From IMG/VR virus record IMGVR_UViG_3300028559_000027: a stretch of 64,000 bases of DNA; one strand, given 5' to 3'. This stretch comes from an uncultured virus (IMG/VR IMGVR_UViG_3300028559_000027). Taxonomy: Duplodnaviria; Heunggongvirae; Uroviricota; Caudoviricetes. A program made the position numbers and the translations under genes. Shown here one piece after another: positions 27,933-38,078 of the stretch; positions within the stretch are counted from its first letter, which is position 1; every line of letters begins with the position of its first letter. The notes beneath the pieces were generated by a model. That model made no database searches and was not told the origin of the DNA. It saw nothing but the letters and a program-made list of their open reading frames with translations.

Positions 27933-29390
27933 TTATCTGTATGTCAACTTTTCTAAGTCAAAAGGGTAATTGGCTTCACGGTAAAAAGCTTTACGTTGGG
28001 TCAAGTGACGTTTGGCAAACTTACAACTACTGGTTATGTCCCAGATTTGTACAAAGTCTTTATCTTCTGCTTTACGAATGCCTCGACCGATGCTTTGGAT
28101 AACACGGACAAAGGATTTTCCAGGTTCAATGAGAACCAGATTAAAAATACGAGGTATGTTGATACCAACAGCGGCGACACCATAAGTAGCAACAATGATT
28201 TTATTTGTGCTGGTTGCAATTTCATCATATTCTTCTTTCCTATCAACCATATTAGTAGCACCACTGACGAACACACTGTCCGGTAACCTACTAATAATTT
28301 CTTTACCTGCATTAACTCTATCAACTAGGACCAAGACATTACCACTCTCTTTAATCTTTAGTATCAATTCAGCAATAGCATCCAGTCTGTGTGTATCTTC
28401 TAATAAATGTTTCAACTCACTTTGGTAATTAGTGAACTCTACATCGTCTTTCAGTTGTACAATATTAACGTGACATTGTGCTAACACACCTTGATCCTGC
28501 AATTCACTTGCACTTAATTTACTGATTACAGGGCCTAAACTAACAAACAACGATTGTGCTTCAAACTTAGCTTTAGGGATAGTACCTGTTAGCCCCCACC
28601 GAATGGGAACTTTAGCAAACACACCTGTAAGTAATGTTTTTAATGCGTCTGCTTTGGCCATATGCACTTCATCAACCATTACACAAACAACACCTTCAAT
28701 GAAGTCACTGATATTTACTTCAGCTTCTCCGGCTTTTGTTTTCTTAAGCATATTGTTAAGGCTCTGCCAAGTACAGATAGTGTGTGTTTTATTGTATTCT
28801 TTACGATCACCAAAGTATACGCCAACATCTAATCCAAGATTAATGTAATCTGCTTCTGTTTGTGTTACTAGACTTTTGTTTGGAACGATAACGATACTAC
28901 GTCCATATTGTTCTATGCTATAACTTAGTGCGGCAGTCATCAATGTTTTACCCGCGCCTGTTGCAATTTCTTGCAATGATTGTGGATTCTTTAAAAAGTT
29001 ATTAACGATACTAATTTGATAGTCACGTAATTCTACAGGTGTACCTTCTTTGGGATGACCTTTAGGCCAGTTCTTATGAGCAAACGTTGACTCAGACACT
29101 TCAGCAAATTCAAAGGTTGTGGTATAATCCCTTGTATCATCCAACTCAATATCATATCCTGCTCTATCTAATACAGGAAGTATTTCTTCTAACAAATTAA
29201 TGTAAGTACTTCCTGCTAAACTGAAATAACTTACCTTACCGTTCCATCTACCCAGTCGTACTGCGGGTAGATAACGTGCTCCGGGTACTTCGTACTCAAA
29301 CATTTTCATCAGTGCTTTACGCTCTGCAAGTTCAAGGCCTTCTATCTTTACGTTAACTTCATCTTTAACGATTATCTTACATTGTTTCAT
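27933..29390 (-). CDS. uvsW: SF2 helicase, UvsW-like
   Basis: LRDYQ, ATGAGKT, DEVH, GLTGT, QSIGRGIR. Confidence 0.88.
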   Translation of the reverse strand: MKQCKIIVKDEVNVKIEGLELAERKALMKMFEYEVPGARYLPAVRLGRWNGKVSYFSLAGSTYINLLEEILPVLDRAGYDIELDDTRDYTTTFEFAEVSESTFAHKNWPKGHPKEGTPVELRDYQISIVNNFLKNPQSLQEIATGAGKTLMTAALSYSIEQYGRSIVIVPNKSLVTQTEADYINLGLDVGVYFGDRKEYNKTHTICTWQSLNNMLKKTKAGEAEVNISDFIEGVVCVMVDEVHMAKADALKTLLTGVFAKVPIRWGLTGTIPKAKFEAQSLFVSLGPVISKLSASELQDQGVLAQCHVNIVQLKDDVEFTNYQSELKHLLEDTHRLDAIAELILKIKESGNVLVLVDRVNAGKEIISRLPDSVFVSGATNMVDRKEEYDEIATSTNKIIVATYGVAAVGINIPRIFNLVLIEPGKSFVRVIQSIGRGIRKAEDKDFVQIWDITSSCKFAKRHLTQRKAFYREANYPFDLEKLTYR

Positions 29391-30421
29391 TTAATTCCTA
29401 AATTTACAGGTTCTGAATTTACACATTTTATAGTTTTAAATAGAGTTGTAGGAAAATCCATTGCTCCGTAATTTCTATAATGTAGCATAACAGGTTTCTC
29501 ATATGATTTCAAGTTAGAGTGGTCTCTTATGATATCAATTTCTAATTGATTTAATAGATTTTCCGAATATTCTCCTAATAAGAATAATTGCTTGAAATTA
29601 GAACTTAGCCTTGAAGATTCGGATATACCATCACATCCCAATTCACTTAACCATTTAATGGCAGTTTCTAATTCTTTGATTTCAAAGTCACTTTGAAAAT
29701 TAACAGCAAGGTTTACTTTGCGTGGATCTTCGATAGTAGAGAAATATTCTATAACAGAATCACTGATGGCAATTCCATATTGAACATAATCCGCTATCAT
29801 TACTAAATCGTTGGTTAGTGGTATATCTTTAATAATGTCGTACAATACTTCATTGAGTGCGGCTACATAGAAGTAACCATTGTTATATACAAGTGTCGGC
29901 TCCCAATATTTAACTGATTCATATTCGCTAAGACTGTTAATAATATCTTTAGTAGTCGGACAATAGTCTATCACTTCAAAGTAATCCGCACTTAATGTAA
30001 TTAGCATTTTTAATGTTGTTGGTCCGTACTCAATTTCATATTGACGTTTGTCCCTGTGCCATTCCATTGAATGTATTGGATTCTTTTTTAGTGCAGTTAA
30101 AAAGTTTTTATTAAAAGGTGATCTAAAAATTATAGTGTCTTTTAAAATAGCAATGGATGCATTTGTATACTGCGGAGAACTTTCTATAACATTACATTTC
30201 CAAGGTAATATCAATAAGTTATCAATATCAAATTTTTGTTGTGTAAACTGTCTACGGTATTTTAATGCAATCTTTCTAAAAAGACCATCCTGATTAGTAG
30301 TGATTATATTCTTTATGCCGATTAGATTAGTTAAGTTATTTACAAATTGTAGGTCATACCTGCTTAATCGTATATTGATAAGCATAAAGGTGCCAACATC
30401 TTCAAGTGTCTTAAAATCCAT
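29387..30421 (-). CDS. Hypothetical protein
   Basis: 344-aa ORF; promoter TTGTAA-17-TATAAT ends 5 nt before the ATG. Confidence 0.65.
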   Translation of the reverse strand: MDFKTLEDVGTFMLINIRLSRYDLQFVNNLTNLIGIKNIITTNQDGLFRKIALKYRRQFTQQKFDIDNLLILPWKCNVIESSPQYTNASIAILKDTIIFRSPFNKNFLTALKKNPIHSMEWHRDKRQYEIEYGPTTLKMLITLSADYFEVIDYCPTTKDIINSLSEYESVKYWEPTLVYNNGYFYVAALNEVLYDIIKDIPLTNDLVMIADYVQYGIAISDSVIEYFSTIEDPRKVNLAVNFQSDFEIKELETAIKWLSELGCDGISESSRLSSNFKQLFLLGEYSENLLNQLEIDIIRDHSNLKSYEKPVMLHYRNYGAMDFPTTLFKTIKCVNSEPVNLGIK

Positions 30422-30465
30422 TCTTTATTATATCATAGTCAAATATTATTTACAAACATAATGGC

Positions 30466-30486
30466 TAAAGGAGCAATGCTCCTTTA
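30466..30486. terminator. Hairpin, probable terminator
   Basis: TAAAGGAGC-aat-GCTCCTTTA. Confidence 0.6.
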
Positions 30487-30530
30487 TCGGAGAGGACTTA
30501 TTGACGTTGCCTCTACGCACACTGCAGGGT

Positions 30531-31562
30531 TTATGCAGATTTCATACACGTTGTACGTGCAAGATTTTTCCAATTGTTAGGGCTAATCTTTACCAAATCA
30601 GCAATCTTCAAACACATACGCAAAGACACTTCACGCAATTTAGTATGATTGTCCCACATAAAGTCAATTACCATTTGTGATTGTTCTTCTGTGAAATCGT
30701 AATCACTAAACAAACCACCTTCAGCATCACGATGGACCTGCTTGATACGCAACATTTTGTCACGATCACCGTCAATAGTCAGGTCCAGAAAGTGACAACG
30801 TGACTGCAATGCCTCTAAGTGATCCTGCAATTTCTTAGATTTCAAGTTGCCAAATTTCAAGTTAGTAATAAAGATAGCACTACCATTGAAGTTGAAAGTA
30901 TTCGGGATACCTTCTTCACGCAACAAACGACTATCACTATTCCAGCAAATTCTACGAGTCTTACCTGAATCTAATGCGGCCTTAAGAATGTTCAATGCCA
31001 AGTCATCAGTAAAAACACTATCGCAATCATCGAAAATCAATACGTTTTTAGTGTCAGAATATTTGTACAACTGAGCATACAAACCCAATGCAGTCATCGC
31101 ACCTTTAACAATGTTAAAGCGAACACGTTTACCTGCAAGTTTGTCAAACATACTTGCCTTTTCCATTTGTGTCTCAACACCATATGACTTACCGACACCG
31201 GGCGGGCCTGATACAATCATAGCACGAATGTCACCATTGATTGCCGCACGTGACATTTCATCGAGGACCTCGAAACGAGCCGCAATACGGTCCATTGCTT
31301 CTGTTTCTGTTTCTTTAGCTTGTTCAGCTTTTGCAAATTTTACTGTATTTTCTGTCATAGATTCTCCATTCAAAAATTCAATTTCATTGATACTATCAAC
31401 AAGCACCTTGACTTCAGGTATGTTGATTGCGAATTGACCGTCATTTTTAACAGTCACATAACCACCTTTAGCACCGGTCTGAAAACCTTTAACTAATGTA
31501 AACTCTGTATTGACTACAGATTGTTTACGATAAGAGCCAGAGAGAATGCGAATAGTAGACAT
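30531..31562 (-). CDS. AAA+ ATPase
   Basis: Walker A GPPGVGKS, Walker B LIFDDCD, FITN sensor, ALQSRC Arg finger. Confidence 0.85.
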   Translation of the reverse strand: MSTIRILSGSYRKQSVVNTEFTLVKGFQTGAKGGYVTVKNDGQFAINIPEVKVLVDSINEIEFLNGESMTENTVKFAKAEQAKETETEAMDRIAARFEVLDEMSRAAINGDIRAMIVSGPPGVGKSYGVETQMEKASMFDKLAGKRVRFNIVKGAMTALGLYAQLYKYSDTKNVLIFDDCDSVFTDDLALNILKAALDSGKTRRICWNSDSRLLREEGIPNTFNFNGSAIFITNLKFGNLKSKKLQDHLEALQSRCHFLDLTIDGDRDKMLRIKQVHRDAEGGLFSDYDFTEEQSQMVIDFMWDNHTKLREVSLRMCLKIADLVKISPNNWKNLARTTCMKSA

Positions 31563-31593
31563 TTGTTTCCTTTATTTCAGTGTCAATACAAGT

Positions 31594-31622
31594 ATTGTAT
31601 CACGTTATCCATTTATTGTCAA
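31594..31622 (-). promoter_or_regulatory. Early sigma70-type promoter
   Basis: TTGACAATAAAT...TACAAT, 17-nt spacer. Confidence 0.85.
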
Positions 31623-31632
31623 ATTTTGTGCC

Positions 31633-32016
31633 TTAAGCGGCCTTACGAAAATACCCATAGGGTAAGCTAAGTGTCCAAGCCAAATACTCATCATCACCGT
31701 TAGTGTCCTCAGCTTCGTGGATCCAACGCATAGCGGTAGCACGGTCCTTAGCACCAAGTTGAATCAACGATTGAATCCGTTGCTCAAAAACAACAGTTGC
31801 CTCTGTTTCGGCCTCTTTACGGGCCTTATCTTCGGCTTCAATAGCCACACCTAGTCCTTCAAACTCAGCTTCAAACTGCTCCAAAGTCCAAGTTGAAGTG
31901 TCAACACCACGAGGGCGAACACCATAAGCGTCCTTGTACATATCCCAATATATAGATTGGGCTTGTTCCAATTGTGTCAACTCTTCCCAAGATTTGAATT
32001 CTGTAGTCATTTCCAA
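31633..32016 (-). CDS. Hypothetical early protein
   Basis: Own promoter; YWDMYKDAYGVRPRG. Confidence 0.7.
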   Translation of the reverse strand: MEMTTEFKSWEELTQLEQAQSIYWDMYKDAYGVRPRGVDTSTWTLEQFEAEFEGLGVAIEAEDKARKEAETEATVVFEQRIQSLIQLGAKDRATAMRWIHEAEDTNGDDEYLAWTLSLPYGYFRKAA

Positions 32017-32043
32017 GTCCTTTTCTTTACTGTCTAAGATTCT

Positions 32044-32072
32044 ATTATAGCAGAAAGCCCATTTATTGTCAA
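32044..32072 (-). promoter_or_regulatory. Early sigma70-type promoter
   Basis: TTGACAATAAAT...TATAAT, 17-nt spacer. Confidence 0.85.
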
Positions 32073-32140
32073 ATTTTGGCTACTAAATTAGCGTAGCTTT
32101 TGTTCGAACCCATGTGCACCTTTCAACTGAATAAGACTCT

Positions 32141-32169
32141 ATTGTATACCCAAACCGATTTATTGTCAA
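32141..32169 (-). promoter_or_regulatory. Early sigma70-type promoter
   Basis: TTGACAATAAAT...TACAAT, 17-nt spacer. Confidence 0.8.
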
Positions 32170-32196
32170 CCTTTTGCACAAACATAAATAAAATTT

Positions 32197-33492
32197 ATGA
32201 ATAGAATACTAGTAGCATTTGATTATTGGGGCCCGAATTATCCACTAAGGAATAATCAAAACTTTAATAAATCATTTTCAGAGTTAATAGTTGACGATAC
32301 CAGTTGTGAGTTTTTTAATAAGATACCAAGATATGAATGTGTACCATCATCCATTTTAAAAGATAAAGATTTATTTATTTACCCTATAATAATAGGATTC
32401 GGTCAATATGAATGGCCGTATAATACTGATATTGATATATTATCATCAACCTCAATGTCAATTAATGTAGCTAATAGCATACGTAGTAGAAATGGATTTT
32501 TATTTTTAGATTTAGGTAACGAGTCGGCAATGACAGATTCTTTATTAGATAAGGTGCATTCATATATTTTAAGTAAGGATATTCCATTAAGAAAGGTTAT
32601 ATTTCAAATCGGAAATTGTAATGGAATAGAAATATATAAAAATTATTGTTTCAGAAAAGGAATTATTTTTGAAAAAGCAATGAATATATCTTGTATTGAA
32701 TACTTTGAATGGCATACAAGTAAACACTACCATGTAGGTATCAATAATCAAGGATTTATACCTTTACCAAAAAATGTAGATTATAGTAAAATTGAAAAAA
32801 CATTCTTATGTTTAAATAACAGACAGCGGCAACATAGAAAAAATCTGTTTATACTATGGAATTTAAATGATTTAATTAAAGATAGTTTTTATACAATGCC
32901 TAATAAATCCGGATATACGCTTGACACTAAAACATATAGTCTTAATGATTATATAGATACTAATTTAATGTGCAGGGTTGGGGCAACACCTGAATACATT
33001 GATGAAATAGGAAAAACGTTGCCACTTACACTTGATGACCCTAGACCAGTAAATTTATTATCTTTGTTTGTATCGATTGGTGCGTATTATCAAAGTAGTT
33101 TAATAAGTGTGGTCACTGAAACTAATTTTGAGGGATCTGAGGTGTCTGATATTTTTAATACAGAAAAGATATTTAAACCAATGATTCATAGACACCCATT
33201 TATTTTAGTAGGCCCATATAAAACATTAGAACATTTAAAAAATATGGGATATAAAACATTTAGTGAGTTTTGGGATGAGAGTTATGATGATATTGAAGAT
33301 CCTACTGAACGATTATTAAAAATAGTTGAATTATGTAAATCCATATATGAATGGAGTGACACAGAAAAAAAGAAGTTTTTTTATAAATCAATGATTGTTA
33401 CTAATCATAATCATAAACTCTTAACAGAATGTTATCCCAATAACATGCGTAAAAACTTTTGGCATGAATTTAAGAATATAAACCATGAATAG
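32197..33492 (+). CDS. Glycosyltransferase-like protein, paralog A
   Basis: FLCLN...R.HR, ISVVTET, TEKIFKP, GYKTF..FWDESYD; TEK resembles the GT10 motif. Confidence 0.5.
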   Translation: MNRILVAFDYWGPNYPLRNNQNFNKSFSELIVDDTSCEFFNKIPRYECVPSSILKDKDLFIYPIIIGFGQYEWPYNTDIDILSSTSMSINVANSIRSRNGFLFLDLGNESAMTDSLLDKVHSYILSKDIPLRKVIFQIGNCNGIEIYKNYCFRKGIIFEKAMNISCIEYFEWHTSKHYHVGINNQGFIPLPKNVDYSKIEKTFLCLNNRQRQHRKNLFILWNLNDLIKDSFYTMPNKSGYTLDTKTYSLNDYIDTNLMCRVGATPEYIDEIGKTLPLTLDDPRPVNLLSLFVSIGAYYQSSLISVVTETNFEGSEVSDIFNTEKIFKPMIHRHPFILVGPYKTLEHLKNMGYKTFSEFWDESYDDIEDPTERLLKIVELCKSIYEWSDTEKKKFFYKSMIVTNHNHKLLTECYPNNMRKNFWHEFKNINHE

Positions 33493-34795
33493 AATATTAG
33501 TAGCCTTCGATTATTTCGCCCCCACTTATCCATTGCTTAATAATCAAAATTTTAATCAACCATTAGATAAATTAGAAATAGATAATGGAGTATACGAGTT
33601 TTTTAAATCATTGGATGGGTTTGAATGCGTACCGTCATTATCATTAAAAGAACTTGATTATTTCGTATATCCAATTCGTTTAGGATTAAAGCCTGATGAT
33701 TGGATAAATCGTCCAGAAATAGATTTATTAGCTACTACTAATATATCGATTCATACATTTAATGGAATAAGAGGTAGAAATGGATTTTTACTTCTTGATT
33801 TGGGACATGAATCTATATTAAATGATAAAATTATAGATACTATCCATGAGTATTTAAAACTAAAAGATATTCCTTTAAGAAAGGTAATATTACAAACCGG
33901 TAGTGCAAATGGTGAAAAATACTATAAAGAATATTGTTTTAAAAAACAAATTAGTAGAGGAATCAATATATGTTGTATAGAATATTTTGAATGGCTGAGT
34001 AGTAGATTAGTAACGGAAAATAAAAAAATTAATAATAAAATTCTTCCAAAAAACGTAGACTATAGTAAAATTGAAAAAACATTTCTATGCCTAAATAGAG
34101 TTCATCGATGGCATCGTGTTAATTTATTTGTGTTATGGAATATCAATAATCTAATGGAAGATTCTTATTATACAATGAATAATAAATCCAATTTTCCTGT
34201 AGGTGAGGATTATGATAATGATATTTGGAGAAGAACTATTGATACTAGATTAGTTAATAAATTAGGATTAACTGAAGAAGATATAGATAAAATACAAGTC
34301 ACATTGCCTTTAAAAATAGATGAGTTTGTGGAACCAGATGTTATGGCTAAATTATTTGGTACAGTAGATCCGTATTACCAACGTAGTTTAATTAGTATAG
34401 TTACTGAAACCAATTTTCAAAACAACGATATTTTTAATACAGAAAAGATATTTAAACCAATGGTTCATAGGCACCCATTTATTCTAGTAGGTTCATATAA
34501 AACATTAGAATATCTAAAAGAACTGGGATATAAAACATTCAGTGATTTTTGGGATGAAACATATGATGATATTGAAGATCCATTTGAAAGATTATTAAAG
34601 ATAGTAGAAATTTGTAAAGATATACAAAGTTGGAATGATGCTAAAAAGAAAAAGTTTTTCTATAAGTCAATGGTTATTACTAACCATAATTATGATTTAT
34701 TAACTTCTCAATACCCTGACAATATGCGTAAAAGCTTTTGGCATAGATTAAGAGATTATGCTGTATTTCAACGGGATAAAGACAAACCTTTTTAA
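33485..34795 (+). CDS. Glycosyltransferase-like protein, paralog B
   Basis: Full-length paralog of A; PKNVDYSKIEKTFLCLN is identical in both. Confidence 0.5.
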   Translation: MNRILVAFDYFAPTYPLLNNQNFNQPLDKLEIDNGVYEFFKSLDGFECVPSLSLKELDYFVYPIRLGLKPDDWINRPEIDLLATTNISIHTFNGIRGRNGFLLLDLGHESILNDKIIDTIHEYLKLKDIPLRKVILQTGSANGEKYYKEYCFKKQISRGINICCIEYFEWLSSRLVTENKKINNKILPKNVDYSKIEKTFLCLNRVHRWHRVNLFVLWNINNLMEDSYYTMNNKSNFPVGEDYDNDIWRRTIDTRLVNKLGLTEEDIDKIQVTLPLKIDEFVEPDVMAKLFGTVDPYYQRSLISIVTETNFQNNDIFNTEKIFKPMVHRHPFILVGSYKTLEYLKELGYKTFSDFWDETYDDIEDPFERLLKIVEICKDIQSWNDAKKKKFFYKSMVITNHNYDLLTSQYPDNMRKSFWHRLRDYAVFQRDKDKPF

Positions 34796-35817
34796 ATAAA
34801 CCCTTTAATGACCTGACTATAATCATTCATAGCAGATTGTATTTTATTATTGGTTGAGTTAGGTCTGCAAGGTTTACAGAAACTTGTTATAAAATTATTA
34901 TAGATTTCTTTGTGTTTATCACTACACCATATATCTCTAAAATCATCATCTATCCAAGAACCTAATTTAGTATCTTCTCGGCCTTTATATTCACAGCAAA
35001 GATATATATTTCCGTCAGCACAAAAACTAGGGAACAAAAACATCTGATGGCAACGTTTATATTCTCTTGCATCATATCTACCTAATGATACGTCTGCCTT
35101 AATGCCATAAAATTCACTTGCAGTTTTAATCCTACTAGCAACTTCATCATTCATAATAAAGCTATGACCATTCAATACCATAGGTCGTAGATGCACTGCA
35201 CGTGCGTTAACATCTCTTGCGTATTCAAATATACTGTTGATTTCTAATTGGCTTGTGTTCTCTGGCATTAATAATGCTTTTATATCTAATGGAACACCTT
35301 TACTACCTAACTCTTTTGCAGTCTCTTTGACTCTACCAAAAGGGCTATCTGTCATTTTGCTTTTACGTATTAACTCATAAGTGTCAGGATTACCACTGTC
35401 AATATCAAGACCTACATAAGCCATACGCTTTAACTTATCAGTATCAATAGTTAATATCTTGTGTAGTTTTGTGCCGTTTGTATTCATAGCGGCAACATAA
35501 CCTTTATCAATCACATCTTCCAATAAATCTTCATAGCCTGGAAGTAGTGTAGGTTCACCTCCACCACTGAAGATAACATTACTTAATGTTCCAATTACAT
35601 TACTATCGTGTTGACGCCAAGTATGTAATCTGTCAATTAACTTGATATATTGGTCCACAGTTTGATACACCGGCAACTCTGTTCTGAATTGTTCGGTGTT
35701 ACAGTAATAGCAGGCTTGATTGCAGATATTTGTAGTGTCTAAATCTATCTGCCATGGTAGTATTTTACCTGGTATATTACCTTGTATCCAACGTGAGATT
35801 AATTGATACTGATCCAT
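34792..35817 (-). CDS. Radical SAM enzyme with SPASM/twitch domain
   Basis: CNQACYYC, SGGGEP, NTNG; C-terminal C..DGNIYLCC..CKPC. Confidence 0.9.
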   Translation of the reverse strand: MDQYQLISRWIQGNIPGKILPWQIDLDTTNICNQACYYCNTEQFRTELPVYQTVDQYIKLIDRLHTWRQHDSNVIGTLSNVIFSGGGEPTLLPGYEDLLEDVIDKGYVAAMNTNGTKLHKILTIDTDKLKRMAYVGLDIDSGNPDTYELIRKSKMTDSPFGRVKETAKELGSKGVPLDIKALLMPENTSQLEINSIFEYARDVNARAVHLRPMVLNGHSFIMNDEVASRIKTASEFYGIKADVSLGRYDAREYKRCHQMFLFPSFCADGNIYLCCEYKGREDTKLGSWIDDDFRDIWCSDKHKEIYNNFITSFCKPCRPNSTNNKIQSAMNDYSQVIKGFI

Positions 35818-35826
35818 CAGTCACTT

Positions 35827-36288
35827 TTATCCTATTGTAATATCTTCCATGCCGGCTGTACGCAATCTTACAATGTGACCCATCTGCCATTGTTTAGCTT
35901 CAAGACCTTTCATAATTCCCAACCACTTATTTCTTAGTAATGCCACTTCATTGATAAGTGTTTCAAAATCTACAACTTCATCTTCACCATCAACATACTT
36001 TTCAGCATCACGACTTGTCAATACTCTATTGTATGCTTCTAAGTATTTTTGAAAGTGTTTACGGCGAATTTGACGTAGTTTAATATTAAGATAGTTTAAT
36101 ACTGCTTCTATCTCTTGTAGTTGATTAAAACGATGTTCGGTATGTCCCGGAATAGCGGCAATGTTCTTTTCAACATTACCGTATACCTTTACCTCACTTT
36201 TTGCAGATAATAATTCATTCTCAAAATGAATGATAAAATCGGGTATCACACTTAAATTTTGTGATACCCTTGTGTACCAATTTGACAT
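35827..36288 (-). CDS. uvsY: Recombination mediator, UvsY-like
   Basis: Helical; YLE.Y...L...D.EKYVDG pattern; next to UvsX. Confidence 0.7.
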   Translation of the reverse strand: MSNWYTRVSQNLSVIPDFIIHFENELLSAKSEVKVYGNVEKNIAAIPGHTEHRFNQLQEIEAVLNYLNIKLRQIRRKHFQKYLEAYNRVLTSRDAEKYVDGEDEVVDFETLINEVALLRNKWLGIMKGLEAKQWQMGHIVRLRTAGMEDITIG

Positions 36289-36537
36289 TTAATCCCATTC
36301 TTCGTGGTCTTCGTCTTCATCATATTCTTCATACTCTTCGGCATCGTGTTGATCGGTATAACCTTTTAACGCCTTAAGTACCTCTTTGTCATTCTTAAAG
36401 GCATCTTTAATTTCGTCTGCTTCATAATTGTTATCAATTAATAAATTGATTAATGTGTCGGCAGCATCACCGCGTTCGTTGAAATCAATATGAGTTCGCA
36501 ATGCGTCCCATACTTCAGTAACAAAATTTAAACTCAT
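36289..36537 (-). CDS. Acidic hypothetical protein
   Basis: Operon ORF. Confidence 0.6.
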   Translation of the reverse strand: MSLNFVTEVWDALRTHIDFNERGDAADTLINLLIDNNYEADEIKDAFKNDKEVLKALKGYTDQHDAEEYEEYDEDEDHEEWD

Positions 36538-37601
36538 TCTGTACCCTCCTCCTCAGGTGTTACAGTACTTATCTTTGTTGTTGATTTTTGACCATACTCA
36601 GTCATAACTTTGTCTAAGCATCCGTCACTATTTGCTTCCCATGCTTTACGAAACTTTTTAATGATTTCACCATCAAGTGTTGTATAGACTAAACTGTTAC
36701 CTTCTTTCTTAACAAGTTCAGCCTTCTCAATCATATCTAATAATCCTGAGTAAGGGCTCATACCTGTTTCGTAAGGAATCTTAACTTGTACAGATTCAAA
36801 TGGTTTCGCATAACGAGTTTTCATAATTTTACATGCCGCACGAATTCCTCGCACATCACTAATCTTATTACCATCTTCATCTTCTTTAAGTTTTAGTTTC
36901 TTCATAGCAACAACGATACTTGATGCGTAAACGAAACCTTGGCCGCCTGAGATTTTATCATCTGGATCAAACATATCTTGACTAGCATATGTGTGATTAG
37001 TAGCAACTAAGCCAATACCCAATGAACCAAACATATTAACACAGTTACGAACAAGTGCTGTTAGTGCTTTAGGCTTACGACCCATGTCACCTTTCATATC
37101 ACCTGCTTCAAACTGATTAACATCAGTCGGAGTCAATAACATGCCCAAAGAGTCAATTACAAACAATACCTTAGGACGATCTGTTTCTGGTAGTGTTTTG
37201 TAATCTTTAACGAACATAGAAATAGTTTTTCCTACTTCGTCAATCATAGCCATGTTTAATTTTAATAGTTTATTATCAGCAGTATCCACACCAAGTGCGT
37301 GTAGCCATGCTTCGTCAAGGGCATTCTCTGAGTCAACTAAGACTACAAAAATTCCTTGTTCTTGTGCGTGTCGGACGAGGTTTCCTGAGCAGATGAACGA
37401 TTTCCCGGCGCCTGACTCTCCGGCAAAGACAGTAACTTTACCAAGAGGTACGCCTTTATTAAAATCACCGCTAATGAGGTAGTTGAGAGCATAATTTCCT
37501 GTCGAGATCCAATCAGTAGGATCGTTAAATCCTATTGACAGACCTTCAATACTTTTTGTAATATCCTTACGGAACTTACTTACGTCAAAAGGTTTTGCCA
37601 T
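36534..37601 (-). CDS. uvsX: RecA/UvsX recombinase
   Basis: GESGAGKS, DSENALD, VIDSLG, ISGGQG. Confidence 0.92.
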   Translation of the reverse strand: MAKPFDVSKFRKDITKSIEGLSIGFNDPTDWISTGNYALNYLISGDFNKGVPLGKVTVFAGESGAGKSFICSGNLVRHAQEQGIFVVLVDSENALDEAWLHALGVDTADNKLLKLNMAMIDEVGKTISMFVKDYKTLPETDRPKVLFVIDSLGMLLTPTDVNQFEAGDMKGDMGRKPKALTALVRNCVNMFGSLGIGLVATNHTYASQDMFDPDDKISGGQGFVYASSIVVAMKKLKLKEDEDGNKISDVRGIRAACKIMKTRYAKPFESVQVKIPYETGMSPYSGLLDMIEKAELVKKEGNSLVYTTLDGEIIKKFRKAWEANSDGCLDKVMTEYGQKSTTKISTVTPEEEGTE

Positions 37602-37793
37602 TTAACTATCCACTTCCATTGACAATGCTTCTTTGATTACAGCGAATAATTCATCTTCTGTAGTGCAAAGAATCTTGCAGTTTGTCCAATCATTTTCATT
37701 ATTACGACCGCCGACTTCAATCATAAAGCCATTGTCATATCGGTTAACAGTAAATGATTCATTTACTTTGTTTAATTTTTCTAAGTATTTCAT
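37602..37793 (-). CDS. Hypothetical protein
   Basis: AAGGA SD; operon ORF. Confidence 0.6.
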   Translation of the reverse strand: MKYLEKLNKVNESFTVNRYDNGFMIEVGGRNNENDWTNCKILCTTEDELFAVIKEALSMEVDS

Positions 37794-37801
37794 ATTATTC
37801 C

Positions 37802-38038
37802 TTATTTGTGTAGTCCATTGCTATATAGTTTATCACTATATGATACTTTATCAAAGAGTTCCGGGCACTTATCTGCTAAATTATCAATCTCATAATCTTG
37901 TGGAAAATGCCGTAATGCAGTCCTTGCTTTATCTCTTATTAAACTAGGCACTCTGGGTGTTTTACCCGGATCGCATAATTCTTCCAACAACCTTTTGCTT
38001 TGTTTTAGGGCACGGTATCGTTCATCTGGTAGTGTCAT
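37802..38038 (-). CDS. BPSL0761-like small protein
   Basis: MT.PDER.RA...L..L...P..IR..A...LRHFP pattern. Confidence 0.6.
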   Translation of the reverse strand: MTLPDERYRALKQSKRLLEELCDPGKTPRVPSLIRDKARTALRHFPQDYEIDNLADKCPELFDKVSYSDKLYSNGLHK

Positions 38039-38054
38039 CTAGTTCTCCTTTGGA

Positions 38055-38070
38055 AGGGGCCGTAGCCCCT
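38055..38070 (-). terminator. GC hairpin with UACG tetraloop after the ssb gene
   Basis: AGGGGC-TACG-GCCCCT; weak U-tract. Confidence 0.5.
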
Positions 38071-38078
38071 AGCACCTA

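Noticed and set aside
30526..30538. 13-nt match to the reverse complement of 8357-8369
   Set aside because: Matches of this length are expected by chance in 64 kb, and it is partly coding.
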